64,000 bases of DNA, taken from Hemiscyllium ocellatum. Taxonomy: Eukaryota. The number at the start of each line of letters is the position of its first letter. The first letter of the stretch is position 1. A model generated the notes under the pieces. The model worked only from the letters and a program-made list of their open reading frames with translations. It did not search any database and was not told where the DNA came from. The stretch lies in assembly GCF_020745735.1 (NCBI RefSeq), contig NC_083424.1, positions 15,300,999-15,364,998 on the forward strand, in the 5' to 3' direction. Below, piece after piece: positions 52,130-64,000 of this stretch. The translations under genes were made by a program, and so were the position numbers.

Positions 52130-53335
52130 ATTAAAAGCAGAACAAATCCAACTCGGCCTGTTACCACCCCATCAGTCTACTTTCAATTACCAGTAAAGTG
52201 ATGGAAGGTGTCATCAATAGTGCTATTAAGCATCATACATGCTCATTAACAATCTACTCAGTGACACCCAATTTGGCTTCTGCAAGGGACACTCATCACA
52301 ACCTTGGTTCCAACATGAACAAAAGAACTGAGTTCCAGAGGTGAGGTGAGAATAACGGCCCTTGATATCAAGGCTGCATTCGACTGAGTTCAGCATCAAG
52401 GAGCCCTAGCAAAAGGTGGTTGTGTTTGTTGGAAGTCGGTCATCCCAACTTTAGAACATCTCAACAGGAGTTCCTGAGTGTAGTGTCCTAGATCGAACCA
52501 TCTTCAGCAACTTCATTAATAACCATCCCTCCACCATAAGGTCAGAAGTGGGGATGTTCACTAATTGCACAATATTCAGCACCATTCATGACTCCTCAGA
52601 TACTGAAGCATTCCATGTTGAAATGCAACAAGATCTGACAATATCCAGACTTGGGCTGACAAATGGCAAGCAACATTTGCACCACACAAATGCCAGGCTA
52701 TGACTATCACCAATAAGAGACAATCTAACCACCGCACTTGGTTACCATTTGTGCATCCCTCAAGGTTAACATCCTGGGATTTACCATTGACTGGAACTCA
52801 ACTGGACTCACTATATAAACACAGTGGGTACAAGAACAGATTAGAGGCTAGGAATACTGCAGTTGGTATCTCACCTCCTGACTCCCCATAGCCTGTCCAT
52901 CAATTACAAGGCACAAGTCAGGATGGATTACACCACACCTTCCTGGGTGGGTGCTGTTCGAACAATTCTCAAGAAGCTTAACACCATCCAGGACAAAGCA
53001 GCCCACTTGATTGGCACTCCATCCACAAGCATCTACTCCATCCACTATCGATGCTCAGTAGCAGACATGTGTATTATCTACAAGACTCACTGCAGAAATT
53101 CACCCAAGATCCACTACCTTTAAATTCTCCTCCAAGGTGACTTGGAACAATATTGTCATTCCTTCACTGTTGCTGGATCAAAATCTTGGAGCTCTCTCCC
53201 TAATGGCATTATAGGTTAACCTGCAACAGTTCAAGAAGGTAGCTTAATGCCACCTTCTCAAGGGCAATGAGGGACAGGCAATAAACATTGGCTCCGCTCA
53301 CAATGCCTAGCTCTCTCAAATGAATAAATAAAACT
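52130..53335 (+). mobile_element. Older CR1-type LINE fragment
   Basis: Decayed LDIKAAFD and GVP.GSVL motifs; YKAQVR..LNTIQDKAAHLIG. Confidence 0.75.
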
Positions 53336-53371
53336 GAGTAATTAGAAAATGGTGCAGAGCAATAAGCAATC

Positions 53372-53690
53372 AGTCATACAGCAGGGAAACCACCCCTTCA
53401 GTTCAACTCGTTCATGCTAACCAAGTTTCCAAAACTAAACTGGTCCCATTTGCTTACGTTTAGCCTGTACCTCTCCAAACCTTTCCTATTCATGTACCTA
53501 TCCAAATGTCTTTTAAATGTTATAACTATACCCTCATCTACCACTTCCCCTGGCAGTTCATTCCATGTATGCACCACTCTCGGTGAAAATGTTGCCCCTC
53601 TCTCACCTTTAAAAAAAATGCCTACTTTTGAACTCCCCTAGTCCTGAACTTCCTGTGCTCCAATGGAGAAGGTGCCAGCTTATCCTGTCT
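53372..53690 (-). mobile_element. CR1 3' fragment
   Basis: Similar to 7110-7400 and 17590-17880. Confidence 0.7.
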
Positions 53691-54294
53691 CTATTTTAAT
53701 CTGCTTTTGGGAAAGCTGCTAACTGAGGGTAAGTAATGAGGGTATAGATTACAGTTTTTAATTTAAATTTATTTATTCATGAAATAGAGCATCATTGGCT
53801 AGGCTAGCGTTAATTGCTCTTCCCTATTCCACTTGATAAGGTGTTGGTGAACTGTTACATTAGGTCGAACCATCTTCGCCCACTTCACCAATGACCTTCC
53901 CTTCACCACAAGATCAAAGTTGGGATGTTTACCAATGACTTCACAAAGTTCATTATCACTCACCATTCCTCAGATATTGAAGCAGTACTCAAAACTTTTA
54001 CCCAGGAATTCTTCCCTTGGGTGAATGACAAAAGGCAAGGAGCCAACTCAGAATTCATTTAACTCTATATAAAGCACACATGTATTGCAGTGCTTCTTAC
54101 TTCATCTAACTTAAACTCACTTTATTTAACTTCACATTACCTACTTGAACTTAGTTCACATTTAACTCTAACACAATAAATTTGGCTTGAATCAAACACT
54201 AATTTGAGTGAAGTGGCCAACTTCGCTCTGTGTAGATCTTGCCTAGTGGTTCTTTGTCTTCTCTGAAGATAACTCCACAACATATACTTCTCAA

Positions 54295-55150
54295 ATGTTG
54301 GCATGGGCAGAAAAATGGCAGATGGAGTTTAATCTGGACAAATGTGAGGTGATACATTTTGGAAGATCATGTACAGATGCAAATTATACAGTGAATGGAA
54401 GAACCCTTGTTGATATACAGAGGGATCTGTGTGTGCAGGTCCACAGATCATTGAATCTGACAGCATAGCGGATAAGTAGTAAAAAAAAATGGCCTATGGT
54501 ATGTTTGCCTTCATTTGGAAAGGGGCATTGAGTATAAGGAAAGACAAGTCATGCTACAGTTTTGTAGAAATTTAGTTAGGCCATTTACTTGGAATATGAT
54601 GCACCGTTCTGATTATCACATTAACAGAAGGATATGGATGCTTTGGAGAGGGTAAAGAAAAGGTTTACCAGGAAGTTGCCTGATAAGAGGGATTTTAGCT
54701 ATGAGGAAAGGTTGGCTAGACGGGTTTGTTTTCACTGGAACACAGGAGATTGAGTGGCGACCTAATAGAAGTTTAAAAGACTGTGAATGGGATGGATAGA
54801 ATGGAAAGTATGAGGCTTATTCCCAGCATGGAGGGGTCACCCACTAGTGGGCACAGGTTCAACATGTGACAGGGGAAGTTTTAAGAAATGTGCAAGGCAT
54901 TTCTTTCACACAGTGGGTGGTGAGTGCTTGGAACACATTGCCAGAGGTAGTAATGGTAATGGTGGTATTGATGGTGGTGGAAGCAGACACAATAGCAGCA
55001 TTAAAGAAGCACCTGAACGAATACCTGAATGAGAAGGGAATAGAGGAATACGGTTCCTTTTAAGTGAAAATAGTTTTAATATGGAAGAACAAAAATGTGG
55101 CAGCACAGGCTTGGAGGTGCAAAGAGCCTACTCCTGTGATTAATTGTTCT
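54295..55150 (+). mobile_element. CR1 ORF2 3' fragment
   Basis: WQMEFNLDKCEV and FTQWVVSAWNTLPE. Confidence 0.85.
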
Positions 55151-55284
55151 TTGTTGGTCTTGAGAAATCCTTTGTTCTGCTTTTGTCTCAAAAATGTGTC
55201 CCTTTCCAGAAATGTCTGGCACTATGAATTGACCAAAATCTGATCACATTCTTTGATTGTGGCCAATGCAGTTTTACTGGTTAA

Positions 55285-55612
55285 TATTAGATCCCCTACA
55301 GTCTGGAAACAGGCCCTTTGGCCCAACAAGTCCACACTGACTCTCTGAAGAGTAAACCATCCAGACCCATTCCCCTACCCTTATATTTACTCCTGACTAA
55401 TGTACTTAATACTGTGGGCAATTTTTCATGGCCAATTCACCTGACCTGCACATCTTTGGATTGTGGGAAGAAACCAGAGCACCTGGAGGTAACCCACGCA
55501 TACAGGGGGAAAATGTCTCTGCGGAGTTTGCACAAGTTACCCGAGGTGGGAATCAAACCCAGGTCCCTGGCCTGTGAGACAGCAGTGCTAACCACTGAGC
55601 CATTGTGCTACC
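55285..55612 (-). mobile_element. V-SINE (older copy)
   Basis: Diverged match to consensus. Confidence 0.8.
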
Positions 55613-55732
55613 CCAAATAAAAAGCTACATTCTTTGCACCAAATAAGGTGATACTGTACTGGTCTGTCTAGTTGACTGCTATGACACTTGCCTTATTTGG
55701 TCAATACACAAAATTGCAGATCACTTAGTGAT

Positions 55733-55929
55733 TGTAATGACATCAGCCAGGTCGAGCTCAGAATGGGTTTCCTGACTGTGGCTCTTAATCTGGTCCAATC
55801 AGGGAGCCCTGGCTGAAAGAGAAGGGTGTCAGACATCTTGTTCACTCAGAGCTGGCTCGTGTCAAGGACTATCCATGCAAAAATAAAGGGTGACTTGGTG
55901 ACAGGATACCCGCATCTGGAGTTATTTCA
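55733..55929 (+). mobile_element. Possible short solo LTR
   Basis: TGTAAT...ATTTCA termini, internal CCAAT and AATAAA; TSD not convincing. Confidence 0.4.
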
Positions 55930-56160
55930 GTTACAGCTTACAAAACAGGTTACATTGTGTCCTGGCTGCAGTTTTAACCAAGGTCAGAGTTAAAACTAGC
56001 TTGGCCAAAACTTCCCAGCATGCTTGAGTATAGCTCTTAACCATTTCTACTGATGGCCACCTGACCACAAAAAATTTGCATGTTTTCCCAGGTTAATTTG
56101 GGTCAAATTCAGGGCTTTTCATCCTAATCGGTCTATTTTACATCCCTTTGGTCTAATCAG

Positions 56161-56318
56161 ATTTAAAGCAACACTGTGGCTATGCGAGGAATACCCACTG
56201 TCCTTTGTGGAGCAGGTAATTCCAATCATTGATCTGATGGCAAGGAGCAGCATACATTTTGCAAAACTCAGAGACTTCATCACATTACAGCTGCCACCAG
56301 GATTTCCTGTCAAAATAG
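56161..56318 (+). CDS. ANKRD13A: ANKRD13A exon 11 ([28 protein letters not shown]...PPGFPVKI)
   Basis: 158 nt, ATCAG| and G|GTAAC. Confidence 0.95.
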
Positions 56319-56599
56319 GTAACATTCAAATTATGACTTTTTTTTTGTGTCCAGTAATTTCTACAAGAATGTTATGTATTGACATGTGGTGAGCATCAAT
56401 GTTACCTTCTGCAGTGAAATACTCTTCAAATTCTGTCTGTATATGCTCAAATCTAAGTCATTGCTCATAAGTCATTGTTTGTTTGAGGAAGTGGAAGCCC
56501 TCGCAACTGTAAAGCTCTATCTCATAAAGGGCCTTTAGTAAAGGAGGACAAAATATTGGGAATAGAAACTAGGCCAGTAAACTGGCCTTTGGTCTTGGT

Positions 56600-56955
56600 T
56601 TGTGGTAGCATGCTCACCTCCTGATTAGGAAGTTATGCAGTCAAGCCCCACCTGCAAACGTTTTGCATAATCTAGATTGACACTTGAGTGCTATATTAAG
56701 GCAGTGCTCCACTGAGAGGTTTCATGTTTCAGACAAGATTTTAATTGTAATACCATCAACACTCTCAGCTATCTGTAAAAGATCTTAATGAATTGTTCGG
56801 TGATGAATAGGGAGTTTTTTTCAGTACCCTTTATCCCACAACTAACCAAAAAAAATTTACTTCTGTTACTTCTGTTTACTTCTATTATTTATGGGACCTT
56901 GTGCGCCTAATGGCTGCTACGTTTCCTACAATACAACAGTGATTATATTTCAATT
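56600..56955 (+). mobile_element. Ancient DeuSINE-like remnant (related pieces near 17040-17340 and 50570-50870)
   Basis: CATAATCTAG-TGACACT...GTGCT...ATGGCTGCTACGTTTCCTACA pattern, recognised from memory. Confidence 0.45.
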
Positions 56956-57286
56956 AAGATACCAATTATCTTTTACATTTTTTTCTGTCAATCACTAGGC
57001 TTCCAGAATAGTTTGCAGGGCTAGCAAAGTTTGAGTTAATATCAATAACTCTATACTTTGTAAAAGGAAATTGAATGGTTTTGCCTCGACTAAATCACTT
57101 TAGTTACCCATCAGCAAGATAATTTAAAACCGAGAATGGTGGAAAAACTCAGCAGGTCTGGCAGCATCTGTGGAGAGAGAAAAACAGAGCTAATATTATG
57201 AGTCCAGTATGACTCCTCAGGACTGTAGGCACAGCAGTCTTATTGTTCAAATTGTTTCTCCAAAATTATCCTGTCTTCTGTCCCAG

Positions 57287-57421
57287 AAATCCCACTATTC
57301 TACGTCTTGAATGCACGAATTACATTTGGAAATGTGAATGTATGCAGCACCGATAAGGCACTGACTCCACAAGCACAGAAGGGATCACTGAGCAACTTGG
57401 TCATGTCAACATCTAATGGAG
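57287..57421 (+). CDS. ANKRD13A: ANKRD13A exon 12 (EIPLFYVLNARITFGNVNVCSTDK...); 3' end uncertain
   Basis: CCCAG| acceptor clear; the only nearby phase-1 GT donor I found is the weak GAG|GTTCGC. Confidence 0.8.
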
Positions 57422-58298
57422 GTTCGCAGATTGTATACATTACCCTGTTACATAACCGTTTAAATTCTCAATCTGGACACTTTTTTGTTGTTTGATTTAT
57501 GGAATTATTTCTTTATTTCCACTAAAGATAATCACAAATGATGTGGGTTAATGTCATAAAAGGCATTTGTACTGACTCAGCTAAACCTGCTGTGATGTTA
57601 GAACTAAAATGTAAATTGGTAAGAAGGAAACCGTATTAAGACTAAGAATTCCATATTTTTTCAAAAGATTTGCACTGAAATATTGATTATATTGAGGGAA
57701 GTGATCGTTGTTAATTATAGCGCTACAGTCTCTGATTCTTAGCATATAACTGTAGAGTGGAACATGTTCTGTTTCAAGGGACTCTGACTGACTGCCTTCA
57801 AGTCCCAGATCAGTTGTAGCAAAATAAGAGCACCTGCTACTGCACCAATGTGATAATGTTTTCAGACACCAGTTGCAATGTCTTGCCCATAAGCAATTGG
57901 GAGTTGGTACTATACTGGATGCAGTGGACCAAATCAATTAGAAATTAAATGAGACTAATGAAAAAACATTAAAAAGGGAGAAAGTTAGTTTTGTACAAAT
58001 ATAACCAATTTAACCATACAACTCAGCAAGTTTAAAAAACATCTCCAGGAAGTGTATCTTCATTATCAGTAAATGGGCCAATAATCTGCAGTTTCACAAA
58101 ACTAATAGTCAAGTAATGAGCACTTATTACTGTTGTTGACCCTGCCTGTATTAGTGAGATTTTTGTTGAAAAAGCACTATCCTTGCTAGTTTATTAAGTG
58201 CTATGTATGGTTCTTATGTAGTGTTTACCTGAAATAATTAACATGCCAATTTGCAGCAAATGGAATTAATATGTATTTGTTTTTACTCTTTCTCTCAG

Positions 58299-58459
58299 AC
58301 TCTAAATTTAAAGTGGATCAATCTGTTTTCAACATACCAGAAAATTACCACATCCGTGGAATGGGCAAGAATATGGTACTTGGCGTCGAGGATGAGAACG
58401 ATCAGTTGATCCAGTTTGCGATTCAGCAGAGTTTACTCGATTCTCACTCTGGCAGTGAA
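58299..58459 (+). CDS. ANKRD13A: ANKRD13A exon 13 (DSKFKVDQSVFNIPENY...DENDQLIQFAIQQSLLDSHSGSE), first UIM
   Basis: 161 nt, CTCAG| and GAA|GTGAGT, UIM-like QFAIQQSL. Confidence 0.93.
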
Positions 58460-58549
58460 GTGAGTGCTTATTTAAAAGGAAATTGTGCCTTGGCATGTAA
58501 TGAGATTCTGCTTTTCTTTCCTCTCTCTCAATTCATTCTAGCCCATCTG

Positions 58550-59335
58550 TTTATTTTCTTTTTTTTAAATACATCACTTCTGGGATGTGGGCTCCACTAG
58601 CTGGGCCAATAGTTATTGCTTATCCCTAGTTACCTTTTGAGAAGGGGTGAGCTGATTTCTTGAACTACTGCAGTTGACTGAGTGTAGATATATCTACAAT
58701 GTTATTAGGGATGGAGTTCCGGTATTGTGACCTAGCCACAATGAAGGACCAACAAATATGTCTCTACGTGAGGATGGTGAATGGCTTGGAGCGAAAATTA
58801 ACGATGGTGGTGTTCCTATGTGTCTGATGCACTATCCTTTTTAGATGGCAGTAGTTGTGGGTTCCAAAGGTGTCGCCTATGGTGAATTTTTGTAGATGGT
58901 ATACACTGCTGCCACTGGGTTGATGGTGAAAGAAATGAATGACACCATATCCATAATCAATCAAGTGGGCTGTTTTGTCTTGGCTACGTCAAGCCTTTTG
59001 AGTGTTATTGGAGCTGCACTCACTCAATCAAGTGGGGAGTATTCTATCATTCTCCTGGCTTGTCCCTAATAGATGGTGGACAGGCTTTGTGGAGTCAGCA
59101 TAGGAGTTATTTGCTACAGGATTCTCTGACCTGCTCTTGCAGGCAGAGTACTTGTAAGGTTTTTCCAATCAAGTTTCTAGTCAATGGTAACCTTCAGCAT
59201 GTTCACAGTAGAGGATTCAGCATTGAATGTCAAAGGGTGATGGTCAGATTCTGTGACTCCAGGGATGATCATTGCCTGGCACTGTGCACAAATGTTATGC
59301 TGTTTGTCAGCCCAAACTTGGATAGTATTTAGATC
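58550..59335 (-). mobile_element. Older CR1-type LINE fragment (same family as 52.1-53.3 kb)
   Basis: Reverse-complement similarity, e.g. CAATCAAGTGGGCTGTTTTGTC. Confidence 0.6.
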
Positions 59336-61320
59336 TTTCTATATTTATTTAGAGTTATAGTTACTGGATTAGATTCCATGCATTAGTAACAGCAGCCAGT
59401 CAAGTATCAGCTCTTTTTTTTGTATTTGAAGCTAGTCAGTTTTGTAACTCTGCAATCTATCAGAGGTTTGACTTCAACTAATGTCCACAGTGATTTCCAG
59501 TAACTATCATGGAGAACAATTAGAAGTTAGAAACTGGATTTTTATTTTTTCTAGAAACAGGAAAATGAGTCCAAATGTTGCTTGAGATGAGTAAAGTTGA
59601 GGCATCAAACCTGACCTAGATCCATTGAGTTTTCACTGATTAAGTGATCAGTACCCTGCAGTTTCACTTACCATGCAGGGGTCTTGTGCCCCCCCCCCCC
59701 CTAAAAAGCCCTCACCTGAGTCAGTGTGTACCAGTTTTAGCATTTGAGCATTTCATCTAAGGTAAATAGAAAGAATAATTTTAACTTGGTCAAATTAGTG
59801 AGAATAGAGAGACAAATTGGTGCTGGTTTAACCATGCCTCAGGCAAGGAGAGAGGTTGAGAAGGACTTGTCTTTGTGTGAACCTTAACTAGTTTGGGAAT
59901 TGAATCCACTCTGCTTCATCACTTTGCAAACCAACTGTCCAAACTGAGCTAACTGATAGCAGGTGATCAGCAAGTACAATGGATTCTATAACAGTATGAT
60001 ACAGCCACCTGACAGGAGGTAAAACCAACAATGTTATTTCATTATCTAAGAAGTTGAGCAATTATGCAGTTCTCTTATAGCATGGTTTCACTGCTTGGAC
60101 TTGATAACTCATGGAATATCAAACTTCCAGTGTACTTTTAATGGTGGCATAGTCTAGTTTGACCTACACAACAGTTTAAAATACCTTATTCTAAAAGGGT
60201 CTATATCAATTTTGAAAATTCCAAGTCTGCTATATTTATTTGCTGCCTTTCAGTTTTTTTAAAGGTATCTAAACTGCTTTAAAAGTTCCTGTGCTGTCTT
60301 TAAAATGTGTTCACATTTAGAGAAATACAACAGCCAGTTTTCCCACAGTCAAGTCCAGTAAATGGCAAACAATTGAATTAAGAGAAACTGTTGTAGTGGT
60401 TTTAAAAAAGTTGGCCCATGCAAGCAATATCATCCCACTTTTCATTTCAGTATTGTCAAGACACCATTGGAATCCACCTGAATAAATAGAAAAGGATCAG
60501 TTTAACACATGATCTAAAATACTATATTGATTCCATAGGTTCCTGTCTTAAGCTAACCCTTCAATACAAAATTTCAATATAATTTCCCCATAAATGTGCT
60601 TTATGATCATTGTAAAACTTAGCAGAAAAGTTCAAACTTATTTTTTAAAAGTTAACAGTTGAAAGAGTGACAATGATTTTATGCCTTAAGGCTTTTACAC
60701 TAACAAAAGGCCAACAGAATGCATTACTGGCTAAACACTTTTGGAGGCAACTTGGACTGAAATCACAAACAGAACATTTCCATTTTTCTTTTAGTATCAC
60801 TAAAAACTCACTTTTATTCAAGTTACGTACTATTAAATAACTATCTTCACAATTGTCTACCACAATGAGCTCTTTTCACTTGATGCATGTTGGGCAAATC
60901 TTCCAGCCTTGTTCTAACATCTTGCACAAACCTCTATCACCATTCTGAATCGCAGATTTGCTGCGTGTAGTTGCTCTCCTTCTAGATCCTGGAAGGCTAA
61001 GGTTGTTTGACAGTTTTTGTGGATATTTTAAAGAACTTTGACTTCCCACCAATTTCACCTTTCTGATCTGAAGAGGACTTCTCATCCGTATTCCGGCATG
61101 AGGAACCACTTTTGATTTATCCACTGTTATTACGGAGGCTACTGCCTTGTCTTCAAATGTAAATGTTTTCCAACCAGTTCCTATTAAAGCAGTGTAGGCT
61201 CTCTTTAACCTCTTTCAATCAAACCACCCAGGATTACAGTGGGGCAGACTTCAGAACAGGTCACAGTTCCTTCATTTTCCCTTAACTGTAAGATGCAGTC
61301 CCAACACCTAATTGTAACAT

Positions 61321-61631
61321 TAGATTAGATTACTTACAGTGTGGAAACAGGACCTTCGGCCCAACAAATCCACACCGACCCGCCGAAGCGCAACCCACCC
61401 ATACCCCTACATTTACCCCTTACCTAACACTACAGGCAATTTAGCATGGCCAATTCACCTGACTTGCACATCTTTGGACTGTGGGAGGAAACCGGAGCAC
61501 CCGGAGGAAACCCATGCAGACACGGGGAGAACGTGCAAACTCCACACAGTCAGTCGCCTGAGTCGGGAATTGAACCCGGGTCTCAGGCGCTGTGAGGCAG
61601 CAGTGCTAACCACTGTGCACCGTGCCGCCCA
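61321..61631 (-). mobile_element. V-SINE
   Basis: Near-identical to 47170-47500 and 43391-43705. Confidence 0.9.
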
Positions 61632-61754
61632 CATATGGAAAGTCTTTCTTCTATTCTCCAGTACTTGAAATCTTGACAATTTTCTCTAGATTAATGTGAA
61701 TAACTTTGTATTTGGAAGCAATTCAAATTGGCACTTTGTGCTGTTGTGTTTTAG

Positions 61755-61822
61755 GATGTGTGGGAGATGCCATCCAGTGGGACTTTACAATTGGAGCAGA
61801 ACTTGAACCAAGATGATGAAAG
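61755..61822 (+). CDS. ANKRD13A: ANKRD13A exon 14 (DVWEMPSSGTLQLEQNLNQDDER)
   Basis: 68 nt, TTTTAG| and AG|GTAAAG, phase 0 in and phase 2 out; sequence poorly conserved. Confidence 0.75.
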
Positions 61823-62649
61823 GTAAAGGAATATTTCTTTGAATTTTCTTTAGGAAAATGTATTTTTCCCCCCTCCACTCTTGGTAGCTACTGAAATCTG
61901 TGAAGAGCAGAAAGTGAGCAGAAAGATTTTTCTTTTTTTTCTCCCCCTCCCAGCGGAGATGTATCTGGAGAAAATTGAAAAAATTGGTGGAGATGGGAGA
62001 GTGAAGTCTGGCACCAGGCCTGGGCCAAGTATATCAATATCCCAGAACACTGAGATTCTATTTTTTTAAACTAACCATTTTAATCACAAACAGCTGTGGT
62101 TTCTTACCTCTATTCTTGAGCAAAGAAGGAATCCGATTTACAGGATTTCCTTGGTGCTATTTGAAAGTCTCGTTCTGATTATCTGCGGTGTCAAATTTTC
62201 TCTAATGCTCTTTCAACACCTTGTGGTGATTTCACTGTGTCACAGTGCCATATAAATGCAGCTTATGGTAACCAGGTAGAAAACCATTTACTTTTACAAT
62301 GGAATAGTAACTTTTTTGTTTTTGCTTCTTTCTTCTCATGTTTTCCATCCCAGACTTGGAAATACTCGAATAGATTGGATCTACCTGTAACTGTAGAGCT
62401 CGAATTTGGTAATAGGCACACAAAATCAATATTGTAGTTGGGAGGTTGGGTAACTTTTGAGGGTGGTGATGTTTTTCATAATCCCCTTTATGTTAAATCA
62501 ATTCATTTGCATTGCTTGATGTTTCAACAGATGTGGGTTTAAGGTCAAAAACAGAGCTAATTATGTCAGGAAAGGTGAGTACAGGCTAGGTAATAAATGA
62601 AAACGTGCTTTAGAGGCACTTAAAAAAAAAAAAGTGCCTAAAAATGATG

Positions 62650-64000
62650 TTAGGAACATGGGATATAGGAGCAGTGGTAGGCCATTCACCACTCTCTTGA
62701 GTCTACTCTGCCATTTATTAAAATCATGGCTGATATGTGGTCTAGCTCCATGTGCCAGTCTTGGGCCCAAATCCCTTAATATCCTTCCTTAGTATAAATT
62801 TGTCTTTCAGGTTTAAATTTAACAATTGAATTAGCATCAATCACTGTTGTTATGACAGAGGGTAAATTCTCCTGCTTAATTTGCACCAGCAACACAGAAA
62901 AGATTTATCCCATGCAGTAATCTGTGAAAATTTGAGACCAAGAACTATTTAAAGTAAAAATTAACAACTTAATTGTTCTATGTTATACTTTAAGAAATAA
63001 ACTAACAACTATTTACAACTCCTTCCTCTAAATTATCTTTTATCTTCCCTTTTATAATACTAGTCTGAGAAAACCCCCTGACTAAGGTTTACCAAAATTT
63101 CAATTTTTCAAAATCAGCCAGATGTCAAATCTTCTCTTCCTCTGTCTTCTTTTCTTCTTCTTAGGATTTCTGTTTCACAGGTCACTGATCGATCAAGGAA
63201 CCTATAAGAGAGCTATTTTCAGACAGTTTCTACATACTAGTGCCATGGCAATTCTCCTCCCAACTGTTCAATTTTCCCCGGTCGTCTACCCCCAATGTAT
63301 AGGATTGTGTCATTGGCTTTTAAGATCATCAATATACTAAATTCAAACTTGATTGGAATTTGGTATTTTTCAGGGTATAAGTTAAACTGATTCGCCTAAT
63401 TTGAATCTGATTTTATCTCCAGACAACCAGCTACCCTAGTAGCTGAACCACATGTTACATAGCATCAAGTGTTCTGAATAAGGTGCAATCAGGTAGTTCT
63501 GCTAGCTTTTACACTCAAAAGTACAGTACACCCACATCTTCTTAACATTGTTTTGAGGAAGAGTTCCAATCTTCCATTACTGTTTGCATATAGAAGTGCT
63601 TTCTAACATCTCGCCTGAATGACCTGCTCTAATTCTTAGACTATGCACCCTGGTTCTGGAATCTTCAACCAGTGGAAATAGTTTATCTACCCTGCGTTTT
63701 CCTATTAGTATCCTGAAGACCTCTATGAGATCCCTGTTAACCTTTCTAAATTCTGGAGAATAAAGACCTGATTTGTTTAATCTCTGTTCATTACCTAACC
63801 CCTGAAGTCCAGGTATCATTCTTGTAAATCTGGGTTGAACTCCGTCTATGGCTAAAACATCCTTCCAAAGGTGTGGTGCCCAGATATGCTAACAGTACTC
63901 TTAAGTGAGGTGGCACTAGGGTTTTGTATAACCGCAGCATAATATCTGCAACCCTATACTCCAACCTTTAAATATGAAAAGACAGTATTCCATTAGCCAC
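62650..64000 (-). mobile_element. CR1 3' fragment split by a solo LTR
   Basis: ORF 63577..63819 MIPGLQGL...DLIEVFRIL; 3' UTR at 62650-62847. Confidence 0.75.
62848..63547. mobile_element. Probable solo LTR (700 bp)
   Basis: TGTTA...TAACA termini; flanks CTGT/TTGT; interrupts a CR1 that rejoins across it. Confidence 0.6.

Larger units (their letters stand above)
22090..61822 (+). other. ANKRD13A: ANKRD13A gene span (coding exons 1-14; terminal exon not found in window)
   Basis: 14 phase-compatible GT-AG exons encoding ankyrin repeats, the ANKRD13 central domain and a first UIM; adjacent to GIT2. Confidence 0.92.

Noticed and set aside
61339-61668. Recurring ORF MWKQ..RPNKSTPTRRSATHP (also 43351, 47206, 55318)
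   Set aside because: Antisense reading of V-SINE copies, not a gene family
2270-61822. Alternative assignment GIT1/ANKRD13B
   Set aside because: MSKRLRS N-terminus and several ANKRD13 exon sequences fit my recollection of GIT2/ANKRD13A better; a phylogeny would confirm
61823-64000. Terminal ANKRD13A exon with remaining UIMs
   Set aside because: No AIQESL- or LQLAMELS-like coding segment seen; probably beyond the window
1-64000. CRISPR arrays, rRNA genes, intact autonomous transposon ORFs
   Set aside because: None seen; all RT and endonuclease fragments are truncated or frameshifted

Overview
Vertebrate genomic DNA, inferred to be elasmobranch (shark) from HE1/V-SINE-type SINEs and abundant CR1 LINEs. 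Two genes lie head-to-head. GIT2 is on the minus strand (coding exons 1-4, ArfGAP domain; the rest lies left of the window). ANKRD13A is on the plus strand (coding exons 1-14; I did not find the last exon in the window). Their start codons are about 830 bp apart across a CpG-rich, NRF1-motif promoter. Introns hold CR1 and Rex1-like LINE fragments, nine V-SINEs, older SINE remnants and probable solo LTRs. The most striking non-genic signal is at least three distinct Penelope-like (GIY-YIG) retroelement families whose terminal repeats each carry a minimal hammerhead-ribozyme motif (CUGANGA-extra nt-stem II-GAAA-palindromic ACGU/AGCU). Many copies are fold-back insertions of 0.2-2.3 kb with 7-16 bp target-site duplications, 3' ends pointing outward, and a tail on only one arm. 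One duplicated most of an ANKRD13A splice donor, one holds a tandem ribozyme pair, and one has a CR1 inserted in its ribozyme loop. Exon boundaries were read by eye; repeat boundaries are approximate. Nothing was computed or searched.
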